Origin: Mobula hypostoma
Lineage: Eukaryota
DNA: 64,000 nt
Reading direction: 5' to 3'
NCBI RefSeq assembly: GCF_963921235.1
Contig: NC_086097.1
Location: 61,692,001 to 61,756,000, forward strand
The position numbers and the translations under genes were made by a program. This document shows, piece by piece, positions 1 through 10,777 of this stretch. Below the pieces are notes generated by a model. The model searched no databases. It was given only the letters and a program-made list of their open reading frames with translations, and was not told the origin of the DNA. The stretch's first letter is position 1. The number at the start of each line of letters is the position of its first letter.

Positions 1-1139
1 AGAAAAGGCTATGGTGACATTGAAATGTTCTAAAATATAATAACTAAAAATATTATGCTAAACTGTGACTGTTGTGTAGGTTAAATAAAAACAGTGACCG
101 CAATTGGATGTTTCTTACAAATGTTTTGAATGTTGTTTTAATTTCTCTTTCAGCAGTTTAAAATATTGCTATGCATTCTTTTTATTCTCTGGAGGTGTTT
201 CCTATGTGTGTGGATCACAAATATTTTCCGAAACTGTCACTTACACTACAAGCACTGTAATAGCTAATTTTCTCTGAATAAATCAGAAACAACATCACGG
301 GCTCCTCACTTATTATTGTACGCACACCACAAATATGTAGGCTGTAGGTTAAACACGGGAATTAACATGTAAATGACAATTACATAACAACCAGTAAAAA
401 TCTTTACAGAAAAAAAATGATAAAAACATGAGATTATTTAATTTTGTAAACTAACTGGGATAATGTTGGTATGTGGAGTTCACACCTGACTTTTTTTTTC
501 CTGCAAGTTTTCTGAGGTGAATCTTATTTGCATGTTTTGGACATGTTCCCAACAGAGCTTCCACACATGCTGCAGGTGGATGAAAAATGAGGGTTTCAAA
601 CCATGGGCACTTTTGCAGAGTGGAACTGGTTGTTTGCAGGGCTTCAGGCTGAGTTGCACCACCTTAGTTACTCTGTATCAGGGGGAAACTTAAATCTTAC
701 ATGCCTTTAAGCATTCAACAGTGCTACTTGACTTCTATATCATGTTGGCGATGCATAGTTCCAATGTTGCTATGGCAATAAGAAAACAATGTGATTTGCA
801 CAATCACTTCATCATTGTCAGCCACTCTGGCTATGCCCATTCATATTTGGATGGTCAAATTCAATAAACCTGCTTCACTTTTGCTTACTGTGAGTGATTT
901 ACATGTCAGTTTCCTGTAAGCTTTGATAGGACATTAACAAATGGAGAGAGAGCCTGATACCATCCAGCTGATGCCTTGGAAATTCTGATGTGCTGGTCAT
1001 ATCTCCAGAGTGGGCCTTCAACCTTTATTAATAGCAAACAAATACTTTTTCAGGCATTTCTTATACAGAATTGAAATGGTTCATTCGTACCCAATCAACT
1101 GCAGGGCAACACTCTTGGTAATGTGGCAACAAAGTCTTC

Positions 1140-1295
1140 AAAAAATGTGCGAAGAGTATTGCATTTATGGAGAAGAATTAACAGTTATGAAGCTCAGCAC
1201 AAAGCACCAACTATTTAATCTGCTCTGCAGATACTGCTCCAGCATTTTGTAGCTGTTTCTCCTGATTTCCAGCATCTGCAGAATCCCTAGTGTCT
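1140..1295. repeat. Old Penelope terminal-repeat-derived short element (degenerate)
   Basis: Ends in ...ctccagcattttgt...gatttccagcatctgcagaatc, the same tail as the Penelope-derived repeats at 22367, 40660 and 44827. Heavily diverged. Confidence 0.5.
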
Positions 1296-1787
1296 ATGAA
1301 GAGCTCTGTGCAAGTTTAATTTAGATTCCTTTGTGGTCATCTAAATCTACAAAGCAGATTATGTATCTTGATTTATTTTGTTTATCATATTGCTAAAATA
1401 TATAAACTCCTGATGTACTGCGTACTTTATACAGGCCCTTGTCTAATGGGGACACCAGAAGTTTAAATCCAACAAACACAACAGGATATTACAAGATAAA
1501 CACTAACTTGTTCTATCAGATGCTGCATGTAACTGACATATTTTCAATCACAGAAAATTTGAAACCTTCAAAGTGGAATGAATTGGATGACTGTTAGCTG
1601 CTGAGAAAAATAAAGTCAGCATAAATAATTCATTGGCGCTCTGATATGATTTGAATTCTAAGACCATAAGAGGAAGAGGTTAGGAAGTTCGACCTTGCTC
1701 AGAACTGGAGTGAGGGAACAGAGAAACAGTTCTGTGCATCAGTGCCTGATTGACTGAATCAGGTATGCCTTCTGGCCACTCATAGAA

Positions 1788-1884
1788 GCTACTGGAAGGC
1801 TATGGATTTGAAAGGGGCAGAGCTGTGGAGCTTGCTACAGGAAGGCTACGGATTTGAAAGGGGCACAGCTGTGGAGCTTGCTAC
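1788..1884. repeat. 46-bp tandem duplication (2 copies)
   Basis: gctac(t/a)ggaaggcta(t/c)ggatttgaaaggggca(g/c)agctgtggagctt repeats with period 46 (gctac at 1788, 1834, 1880). Confidence 0.9.
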
Positions 1885-2461
1885 CTAGACAGGTGGGGAA
1901 AGTAAAAAGCCCTTGCACCAAAGGAGTGGATGATCTTTTTACTGTAAATAGTCACTGTATCCTGGGGGCTTAGAAACTTACCAGCTTTTCCTCTTGCTTA
2001 AGCCATTGAAAAGGAAATTGGATGACCTTCATCAATTGCCTCCTTCTTTGATTCTCTGCATGTATTTGGTGTTAGAACTGATGTCCAGCTCACGCCACTG
2101 GTTTGGTTAAAGGATTGCAGCTGCTCAGCTACAGGTTACCTATCTTCACGCTTGTTATTGAACCCTTTGGTTTTTACCAGGCACATCTGGCTCCCCAACT
2201 TTAATCTACTCTCAACCTTCAAACAACCGAACTTCCTTCTTTCCAATCACAGATTCGTGAATGCATTCACAATATGTAAAAGAAGTAAGAACCTCAATGC
2301 CAGTCAGTTTACCCACAACCAATAATAAAAGATCGGATTGAAGTCAATTGATTCCTGTTGGGTTAATTTTCATGTTTATTTCAGAAGCTCTTTCTGTAAT
2401 TGATGTTTTCTGAGGTATGTTTGAAAATTCATTATTAAAGCAGTTCAACTTGTCTGAAGAA

Positions 2462-2657
2462 GATTTATTTATTTAAATGGTAGAGTAGGCCCTTCCAGCC
2501 CTTCGAGCTGTGCAGTCCAGCAATCCCCCAGTTTAATCTCAGCCTAATTATGGGGCAATTTACAATGACCAATTAAACTTCCTACTGGTAAGTCTTTAGA
2601 TTTTGGGTGGAAACTGCGGCACCCAGAGAAAACCCACAGGGTCACGGGGAGAACGTA
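2462..2657 (-). mobile_element. V-SINE (HE1-like) partial copy
   Basis: Reverse complement reads gtacgttctccccgtgaccctgtgggttttctctgggtgccgcagtttccacccaaaatctaaagac, resembling the V-SINE central domain, followed by a CR1-like 3' tail (gaagggctggaagggcc). Confidence 0.7.
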
Positions 2658-3774
2658 CATATAGAAACATTAAATAGGGCTGGCCTTACTGTACCAAAGA
2701 CTGGTGAGCAAGCAAGGTTGCTGGAATTTGGTTAAACTTATCAAACTAACCTGTGGTATTTGTTTCATTTAGTGTTTGCTTAGCTCTTAAACTAGTTACT
2801 GTCAGAAATTGGCGGGCAGTTCTGTACTGACGTACCAAAGTAAAACTCCTTTAAGAACCGTTTCCATTCGGGGTGTTTGGATGGGGTGGATGGGGGACAA
2901 TTAAAGGGTCAGTGAAGTTGGGGGTACAGAGCAGGCTGCTTTAAAGGGCCTGTCCAGCAAAAATACACTATGGAACGAGAAGATTAAGATGTCAGTTACC
3001 ATGAATGATACCTTGCACTGAAGCTGAGAATGTGGAGAAAAGCAGGAAGTTGAGGACTTGGGTTGTGGGACTGAGACCTGTTTAGAGAAATTCAATCTCT
3101 GTCCTCTAAAGGGGAATCACAGAAGTGAGAGAAATATGGACTGCTGTAGAAGCCCACACTCACCATCACCCAGCCTCTTCATTTGCTTACATATTCTACA
3201 TCGGTCTTGAGCCTTGTGAAAGATTGAATTTCTAAGCTCTGGGTCCATAGCATTATTGTGTAGCTTGGTAGGGTACTAAACATCTGCAGACCCTGGTGTC
3301 TGAAATCTTCCATTCCACAACAATAACAAGCTGCTTAAAGCCCTTCCTCTCTACTCATTTGAAATGAAAGCTCTTGAAACAGCTGGATAAAGTGCTTGTT
3401 CAATAAGTATAGAGATTCTCATAAGATGCCTGCTGTGTGGTAAGAATTCATTTGCAAAGAAAAATAGATGCTTATCATAAATTTCTTTCATTTTCAGCTG
3501 AGCTTTACAAATGGGCACTTTCTCCCACTTTGCTATATTCCTGTCACAATTACCCACAGCAATTTTCACACATAAAATATGTTAAGTTAATTTTGAACTT
3601 TTCAGGTTCTTGCAAGTTTCTCGCAAACAATTGTTCCTGCAAAGACAACGCATCCCCAACACATCACGTTTTCTGGGAAGTACTTTGTCTGAGTGAATAT
3701 ATGCAGCATATCTTCTTTCTAAATAACCATCTATACCTTAAGTCAGCTACAACTCAGGCGTAGAATCAGCTATC

Positions 3775-4001
3775 TGAAGCACCTTCAATAACTCCAAAAG
3801 ACTGAAGTAGGGTAAATACTGAAAGGCTTTTATTCGCAGTAAAATATGACCTCCACGCTGAGTGTCTGCCCCTGGACTGAGGGGGAGGGGCAAGGCAAAA
3901 TCACCTTTATTCATTGATCTGTGGGAGGAGCCACGGGGCAGTCAGCAGAGGGGCGTGTCCAGATAGTTAACCCAGTTATAACATATGAATGTGGTAAACC
4001 A
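3775..4001 (-). repeat. 3' LTR of Gypsy element 1 (inner end disrupted by a microinversion)
   Basis: Matches 8047-8272. The inner boundary is restored by inverting 3986-4005. PPT-like aaaagaagagg lies next to it on the minus strand (4006-4016). Confidence 0.92.
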
Positions 4002-4071
4002 TATACCTCTTCTTTTGTTTTAAAAGAGTCCCGCGCGGTGAAGCGACTGACAATATTTAAAACAAGTATAT

Positions 4072-7000
4072 TTACAGGTCAAGTCTATCAGGCGGTCGAG
4101 TCCGTCGCTGTGAACTACGTAGCACCGGCCGTGATTGCACCGGCGATGGCGGTTGTGCTGGCTCCAGCCTGACTTCAGGTGCCAGCACGTTAGGCGTCGG
4201 TAATCCCTCGTGCATGTGCGTCACGCCCGGTATGGGAGTGTCGTGTGGTGTCTGTATAGGGTTTGAGGTGCACGGTGTCTTGTAGGTACATATATTGGTG
4301 GGTACGGGGTCAATAGTCACTACGGAGTGTTCAGGGTAGGGGCCCGGAGCTCCTGCGGGTGCCAGGTCGCGGATGGAGACCGTGTCCTCCCGCCCATCAG
4401 GTAAAACCACGTAGGCATACTGAGGGTTCGCATGAAGTAAGTGAACCCTCTCGACCATCGGGGAGTATTTATTGCTCCTTACATGTTTCCGGAGCAGCAC
4501 TGGCCCCGGGGACGTCAGCCAAGATGGTAGGGTGATTCCAGTGATCGACTTTCTGGGAAAAGAAAAGAGCCGCTTATGAGGGGTAGCATTGGAGGCTGTG
4601 CATAGCAGGGAGCGGATGGAGTGGAGTGCCTCGGGAAGGACCTCCTGCCAGCGGGAGACCGGCAGTCCCTTTGACCTGAGGGCTAAGAGTGTGGCCTTCC
4701 ACACCGTGGCATTCTCCTTCTCCACCTGTCCATTCCCTCGGGGATTATAGCTCGTGGTCCTACTAGTTGCAATTCCCCTAGCCAGTAGATATTGGTGCAG
4801 CTCGTCACTCATAAACGAGGACCCTCTGTCACTGTGGATATAGCATGGGTATCCGAACAGAGTGAAGAGCTTGCGCAGGGCTTTTATAACTGACGTGATA
4901 GTGGTGTCCGGGCAGGGAATGGCGAAGGAGAACCGCGAGTACTCATCGATAACGTTAAGAAAGTACACATTGCGGTTGGTGGAGGGAAGGGGGCCCTTAA
5001 AGTCAACACTCAGTCGCTCAAAGGGGCGGGTGGCCTTGATGAGTGATGCCTTTTCGGGTCGGTAGAAGTGCGGTTTGCACTCTGCGCAGACTTGGCAGTC
5101 GCTGGTCATCATCCTGATCTCCTCAAGGCAGTAAGGCAGGTTCCAGGTTTCACGAAGTGGAAAAGCCGGGTGACCCCCAGGTGGCAAAGGTCTACATGTC
5201 GGGTGTATAGCCGGTCGATCTGCGCGCTGGCGCATGTTCCCCAGGATAGGGCATCGGCGGGCTCGTTGAGCTTCGCAGGCCTGTACATGATGTCATAGTT
5301 GAAGGTGGAGAGTTCGATTCTCCACCTCAGAATTTTATCATTTTTGATTTTGCCCCGCTGTTGGTTACTAAACATGAATGCGACTGAGTGCTGGTCAGTT
5401 AGCAGGATGAACCTTTTGCCGGCGAGATAGTGCCTCCAGTGCCTAATAGCTTCCACTATGGCCTTGGCCTCTTTCTCCACCGCGGAGTGCCAAATTTCAG
5501 GGCCTTGAAGGGTACGGGAGAAGAACGCCACCGGTCTTCCTGCCAGGTTGAGGGTAGCAGCCAGCTCAAAGTCGGAGGCGTCACTCTCTACTTGGAAGGG
5601 AATGGCCTCATCCACCGCATGCATTGCTGCTTTGGCAATGTCTCCTTTTATGTGGCTGAAGGCTGCGTGGGCCTCGGCAGAGAGGGGGAATGTGGTGGAC
5701 TTGACCAGGGGGCGGGCCTTGTCTGTGTAGTTAGGGACCCACTGGGCGTAATATGAAAAGAAGCCCTGGCACCTATTGAGGGCTCTGAGGGTGTTGGGAA
5801 GAGGGAGTTGCAACAGGGAGTGCATACGGTCGGGGTCAGGGCCAATGACTCCGTTCTCCACAACACACCCAAGGATAGCAAGTTGGGTGGTCCCGAATAC
5901 AAACTTGTCCTTGTTGTAGGTGAGGTTGAAAGCTTTGGCCGCTTGGAGAAATTTTTGGAGGTTGTTGTCGTGATCCTGCCGGTCGTGACCACAGATGGTG
6001 ATGTTATCCAGATATGGGAACATGGCCTTCAGTTGGCACTGGTCCACCATTCGGTCCTTTGCCCTCTGGAAGACAGATACACCATTCGTGACACCGAGGG
6101 GGACGCACAGGAAGTGATAAAGCCTGCTGTCCACCTCGAAGGTGGTGTAAGGGCGGTCCTCCCGGCGGATGGGGAGCTGATGGTAAGCGGATTTTAGGTC
6201 TATGGTTGAGTACACCTTGTACTGTGCTATCTGATTGACCATATCCGCGATGCAGGGTAGAGGGTATGCGTAGAGCTGGATGAACCTATTGATGGTCTGG
6301 CTATAGTCCACGACCATCCTATTTTTCTTCCCATTCCGAACAATGACCACCTGCACCCTCCAAGGACTTGTGCTTACCTCAATGACCCCCTCCCTGAGCA
6401 ACCGCTGCACCTCCGACTTAATGAAAGCTCTGTCCCCCGCGCTGTACCTCCTGCTTTTAGTTGCCACAGGTTTACAGTCGGGGGTCAGGTTGGCGAACAG
6501 CAGTGGGGGAGGGATCTTGAGGGTGGAGAGGCCGCAAGTGGCATCGGTAGTGCGGCAGTTGGCATGGTGTTGGGTGGGATGTGCGGGTCGGTGTGTGGGG
6601 GTGGTCAGAAACGGGGTATGTGACGTATCCCTACAAAACTGGGGATTTCCAACAGTGATTGGTGGGAGGGGCCCATCATACTCCATTGTCACGCTATTCA
6701 GGAGACTCTGGAAGTCGAGCCCCAATAGCACAGGGGCACACAGTTGAGGCATGACCAGTAATGTAAAGTCCCGATACTCTGTGCCCTGCAACACTAGTGT
6801 CGCTACACAACCCTGCCCCCCCCCCCACCGGATATCTGTTGTATGCGACCCGGAAGCCATGGCGACCCTCTGACTTACCGGCCATATCACAAGTCCGCAA
6901 TGCTACATCGTGTCCGGGTAGATAAAACGCTCCGTGTTGCCTGTGTCAAACAGGCAGCTTGTCCTGCGCTCCTCCACCAGGACGTCCATCATTGACCTGG

Positions 7001-8021
7001 TGAGCTGGTGGGGAGCGCTTTGGTCAAGGGTCACGGAGGCCAGGGTTGTGTCGCTGTCTTGGTCCAGCATGGTAGGGTGACCTGTGAGCACCCGTTGGTT
7101 GTAGGTGGTGGGAGGTGGCGCCGACCAAGATGGCCACCCCCATGTCTCGCACGTGGTGGCGGAGTGCAGGGAAGATGGCGGCAGACAAGATGGTGACCCC
7201 CATGTCTCGCACACGGCGCTGCTCGATCCCGCTCGCAGTTTGAACTTACAGACCTTGGCGACGTGGCCCTTCTTTCCGCAGCTAGAGCAGGTAGCTTGTC
7301 AGGCCGGGCAGCATTTCCGGGAGTGCTTCTCGACTCCACAGAAGTAGCACTTCACGGACTCGCAACTGGCAGCAGCCAAGCTCGATTCGCCGGCGGGTTG
7401 CGGGGACTCACAACTGGCAGCAGCCGTGGTCATTTCACCGGCGGGTTGCGGGGTCTGCGGCACCCACGAGGCCATCAGGGAATCACATGCCTGATGAGCC
7501 TCAGAGTTGTGCAGAGCGGCCTCCAGCATGTCCGCCAGCTCGATTGCAGAACTTAAGGTAAGATCAGCTTTTTCCAACAGCCGCTGGTGCACATACACTG
7601 ACCTGCTCCCCGTGACGAAGGTGTCTCTCACTAGGAGCTCTGCATGCTGTCCTGCCGTCAGTTCTTGGCAGCTGCAGGTCCGCACGAGTGTCTGTAGTGT
7701 CTGGACAAACTCAGCACTTGATTCCCCGGGCCTCCGGCGCCATGTTGCTAAACAATGGCACGTGTAGACGGTGTTTAGTAGCTGCAGGTATTGTCCTTTG
7801 TATGCGTTCATCACGCTGTCATAGCTCAGCTGGTCTCTGATCATCAAGTAGACCCGTTGCCTCACCCTGGAATGTAGAACTCTGTGCTTCGCTGTGGGGT
7901 CGGTCACTTCAATCGTCTCTAGGTATGATTCGAAGCAAGCCAGCCAGGGTTCAAAAGCGTTTCCAGCTTCAGGTGTTTGCGGGTCGAGATCTAACTTGTC
8001 GGGTCTCAGAGATCGTTCCAT
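4072..8021 (-). pseudogene. Single gag-pol ORF of Gypsy element 1 with 2 premature stops and 1 frameshift
   Basis: ORFs 7299..8021, 6903..7214 and 5109..6890 share a frame. Gag has two Zn knuckles (CYFCGVEKHSRKC, then CSSCGKKGHVAKVC after the TGA at 7299-7301). Protease CLFDTG; RT (VVDY, IDLKSAYHQ, YLDN); RNase H (SDAS, EKEA, LTD). Integrase (4072..5235) follows a frameshift near 5150, with VDFKG/HSDRG/GQVE. Confidence 0.93.
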
Positions 8022-8030
8022 GCTTTAAAA

Positions 8031-8045
8031 TTACTGCGAATAAAA
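8031..8045 (-). promoter_or_regulatory. Atypical primer-binding site complementary to the element's own LTR (self-priming candidate)
   Basis: Minus strand TTTTATTCGCAGTAA starts 1 nt after the 5' LTR and is a perfect 15-bp reverse complement of LTR 8100-8114. No TGG tRNA-type PBS is present. Confidence 0.75.
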
Positions 8046-8046
8046 T

Positions 8047-8272
8047 TGAAACACCTCCAATAACTCCAAAAGACTGAAGTAGGGTAAATACTGGAAGGCT
8101 TTTATTCGCAGTAAAATACGACCTCCATGCTGAGTGTCTTCCCCAGACTGAGGGGGAGGGGCAAGGCGAATCACCTTTATTCAGGGGTCTGTGGGAGGAG
8201 CCACAGGGGCAGTCAGCAGAGGGGCGTGTCCGGATGGTTAACCCAGTTACAACATATATATGGTTTACCACA
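8047..8272 (-). repeat. 5' LTR of Gypsy element 1
   Basis: Minus strand TGTGGTAAACC...GGTGTTTCA. TATA-like AATAAA at 8181-8176, Inr-like TCAGT at 8151-8147, second AATAAA at 8106-8101. Confidence 0.93.
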
Positions 8273-8664
8273 CTATCATCGTGTAATGTTCCAATTGGCA
8301 ACTTGTGGTTTATTCTTCAAACTGATGAGGTTAATTGCACCAGTTTGAGTTTAAAGTGGTGGAGTTGCAACGATTTTACATACAGATATATGCCATTCAC
8401 CAATTCAGTCTGCCTAAGTTGATCGCAAGAAGTTGGAGTAAGAGAGTAAGGCTATCAACATAAGACTGCATTTGGACTGCTTCAGGAAAAACGTAGTTAA
8501 TAACTTCAAGCTAGATGTGCAGCAGAGACATTTCCCACTTTTCCCCTAAATGCCTTTTGGATTTGAGCATCCATTCAAAATTAACGTTTTTTTTTTCGTT
8601 AGCATCCCATTTTAAAAAAGAATCCTCTAGCAGCCTCTTAAAGTGCACTGAAGAAATATGACAA

Positions 8665-9140
8665 TATTAGATATAGGAACAGAATTAGGCCATTTGGCCC
8701 ATAGAGTCTGCACCGCCATTTCATATGGCTAATCCAATTTTTCTCTCAGACCAACACTTCTGCCTTCTCCCCGTATCTCTTCATGCACTGACCAGTCAAG
8801 AATCTGTCACCCTCTGCCTTAAAAATCCATAAAGACTTGGCCTCCACAGATGCCCGTAGCAAAGATTTCCACAGATTCACTACTCTCTGGCTTAAGAAAT
8901 TCCTCCCCATCTCCGTTCTAAAAAGTCACCTCGCTATTCTGAGGCTATGTCCTCTGGTCTCAGACTCTCTCACCATATGAAACATCCCTCCACATCCACT
9001 CTATCAAGGCCTTTCTCCATTCGATAGGTTTCAATGAGGTCACCCCTCATTCTCCTGAATTCTAGTGAGTACAGGCCCAGAGCCATCAAACACTTTTCTT
9101 ATGACAAGCCATTCAATCCAGGAATCATTGTCGTGAACCT
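8665..9140 (-). mobile_element. CR1 LINE 3' fragment
   Basis: Reverse complement encodes the CR1 ORF2 C-terminus (EFRRMRGDLIETY...) and 3' UTR/tail, as at 50730-51140. Confidence 0.85.
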
Positions 9141-10098
9141 ACAATCATGGAGCATTTTTGTGAGCCTTGAATAAGCCTTGAATATGATTTATGAAAAGCC
9201 ACAGAATTTTTAACAATGATTCAGTGTTGCCAAAATGGTTTGGAACAGCATTCAATTTTTAAGTTAAATATTATTTCATTATTATTCATGTTGGAAAGTA
9301 TTGTGGAAATGATTTTAAAATAATTAAAGTCAAAAGATCAGAAAGGCAGATTATTCTGTTTTGTATCATTGAATTTTGACAGGTGACAGAACAGCATTGC
9401 ACATCAGATATTTTTCCAGATGGCTTTTAATATCATTGTCATTTAATTTAACTATGTAAGAGAAATTACCAGCCAGATGATAAAAGATTCTGCAAACCAT
9501 TTGTGTAAGCAACAGTTAGAAAATTTTAGGGTTAGACATTTGATCATTTTTGCTGAATGCACGTATAGTATTGTCTGTATTTTTTTACTTTGCTGTCAAA
9601 ATTCAGTTTCATTAACTTCCTTCCGGGTTCAATGTCTAATTTGCACTTCTGAGGCTTAAAAAGAATGTGACATGTCATTTCAGACTGATTGTTCATGCTA
9701 CCAATCATATAATCTCAGCTGTGTGTCATTGGTGATTGGATAAAGAGAGATAAGAGAACAGCTGTGATATGCCATGGTGGCTGAGTTGTCTATCTATTTA
9801 AGCATATCAAGCCCACATGTTAAATCTGTTCCTTGTCTGTCATTTCGGAAGAATCCACAGCCACATACACTCAGTAGTGAATTTAGGTAACTAACGAAGG
9901 CCACTTGGGTGTATGTTCTTGGTCTTCTGCTGCTGTAGTCCATCCACTTCAAGGTTTGACATGCTGTGCATTCAGAGATGTTCTTCTGCATCACCTTCCT
10001 GACCGCCTGAACCACTCTGGCCATTCTCTTCTAATCTCTCACATTAAAAAGGCATTTGCTCCCACAGAATTGTCACTCTCTGGAAGCATCATACTATG

Positions 10099-10705
10099 TG
10101 TATGGGGTCTTTCTTTTGTTACATTTAAAATGGCGACTTTGTTATGTTAATCTGGGGAATGCGGCTTTGTTGTGCTTTAACGCTGAAGAGAGTTTGCGCT
10201 AACAGTTGTTTTACTTTAAAATGAGATAACAGGGTTCTATTAGCCAATGGGTGGTTATATATCATTTTGTTTTCGGATATCATGCTGTATGATATGACTG
10301 TGGACTGAGTTTTGGCGGGGAGTCGGAGGAGAGATGAGGAAGACCGCGGACGTGTGGAGAGGCTCCGGTTGATCACTCAGGGTGGTCCCGAGCTGTGAGT
10401 CGACGGAATTCGGGTGGTCGTCTGAAGTCGAATTGAGCTCCAACGTAGCGCGCAAAGAACTTGGACTTTGATAAGTGTTGGCGCCTTTTTTTTTCATTAC
10501 TGTCCTCTCTGTATCAAATGTATATTAATGTCATAGAATTAGTAATATCTATAAAGTGTACTTGTTAAAATTTACTGGGTGTGCTGGCTGATGATTGATG
10601 TTTGTGATTGATTCAGGGGGCAAACAACCCTGTGGGGAGTGTTGAGGCGAGTGCTGGGCTGGATTTCCCCTAGACATACACGAGCCAATATAACTGAACG
10701 TTACA
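10099..10705 (+). repeat. 5' LTR of Gypsy element 2 (607 bp)
   Basis: Direct repeat of 16618-17225; TG...CA ends. Confidence 0.97.
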
Positions 10706-10707
10706 AG

Positions 10708-10730
10708 TGGGGGCTACCGTCCTGGATTTG
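10708..10730 (+). promoter_or_regulatory. tRNA-Pro-like primer-binding site
   Basis: TGGGGGCTACCGTCCTGGATTTG lies 2 nt after the LTR. The canonical tRNA-Pro PBS is TGGGGGCTCGTCCGGGATTTG (2-nt insertion and 1 mismatch here). Confidence 0.8.
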
Positions 10731-10777
10731 GACTTTTCGGGAAAGTTGTACTTGTCGTTGTGGTAAGTGGTGTGAAG

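Larger units (their letters stand above)
3775..8272 (-). mobile_element. Full-length Ty3/Gypsy LTR retrotransposon (non-chromoviral, Mag-like), decayed
   Basis: Two LTRs of about 226 bp (3775-~4001 and 8047-8272, roughly 7% divergent by eye) with TG..CA ends, a 5-bp TSD CTATC (3770-3774 and 8273-8277) and gag-PR-RT-RH-IN order on the minus strand. Confidence 0.95.

Noticed and set aside
4862..7767. Many plus-strand ORFs over Gypsy element 1 (and minus-strand ORFs over element 2)
   Set aside because: Antisense shadows of GC-rich gag-pol coding sequence.
10125..10497. Duplicated minus-strand ORFs (also 16644-16974)
   Set aside because: They recur only because they lie in the two LTRs; there are no protein motifs.
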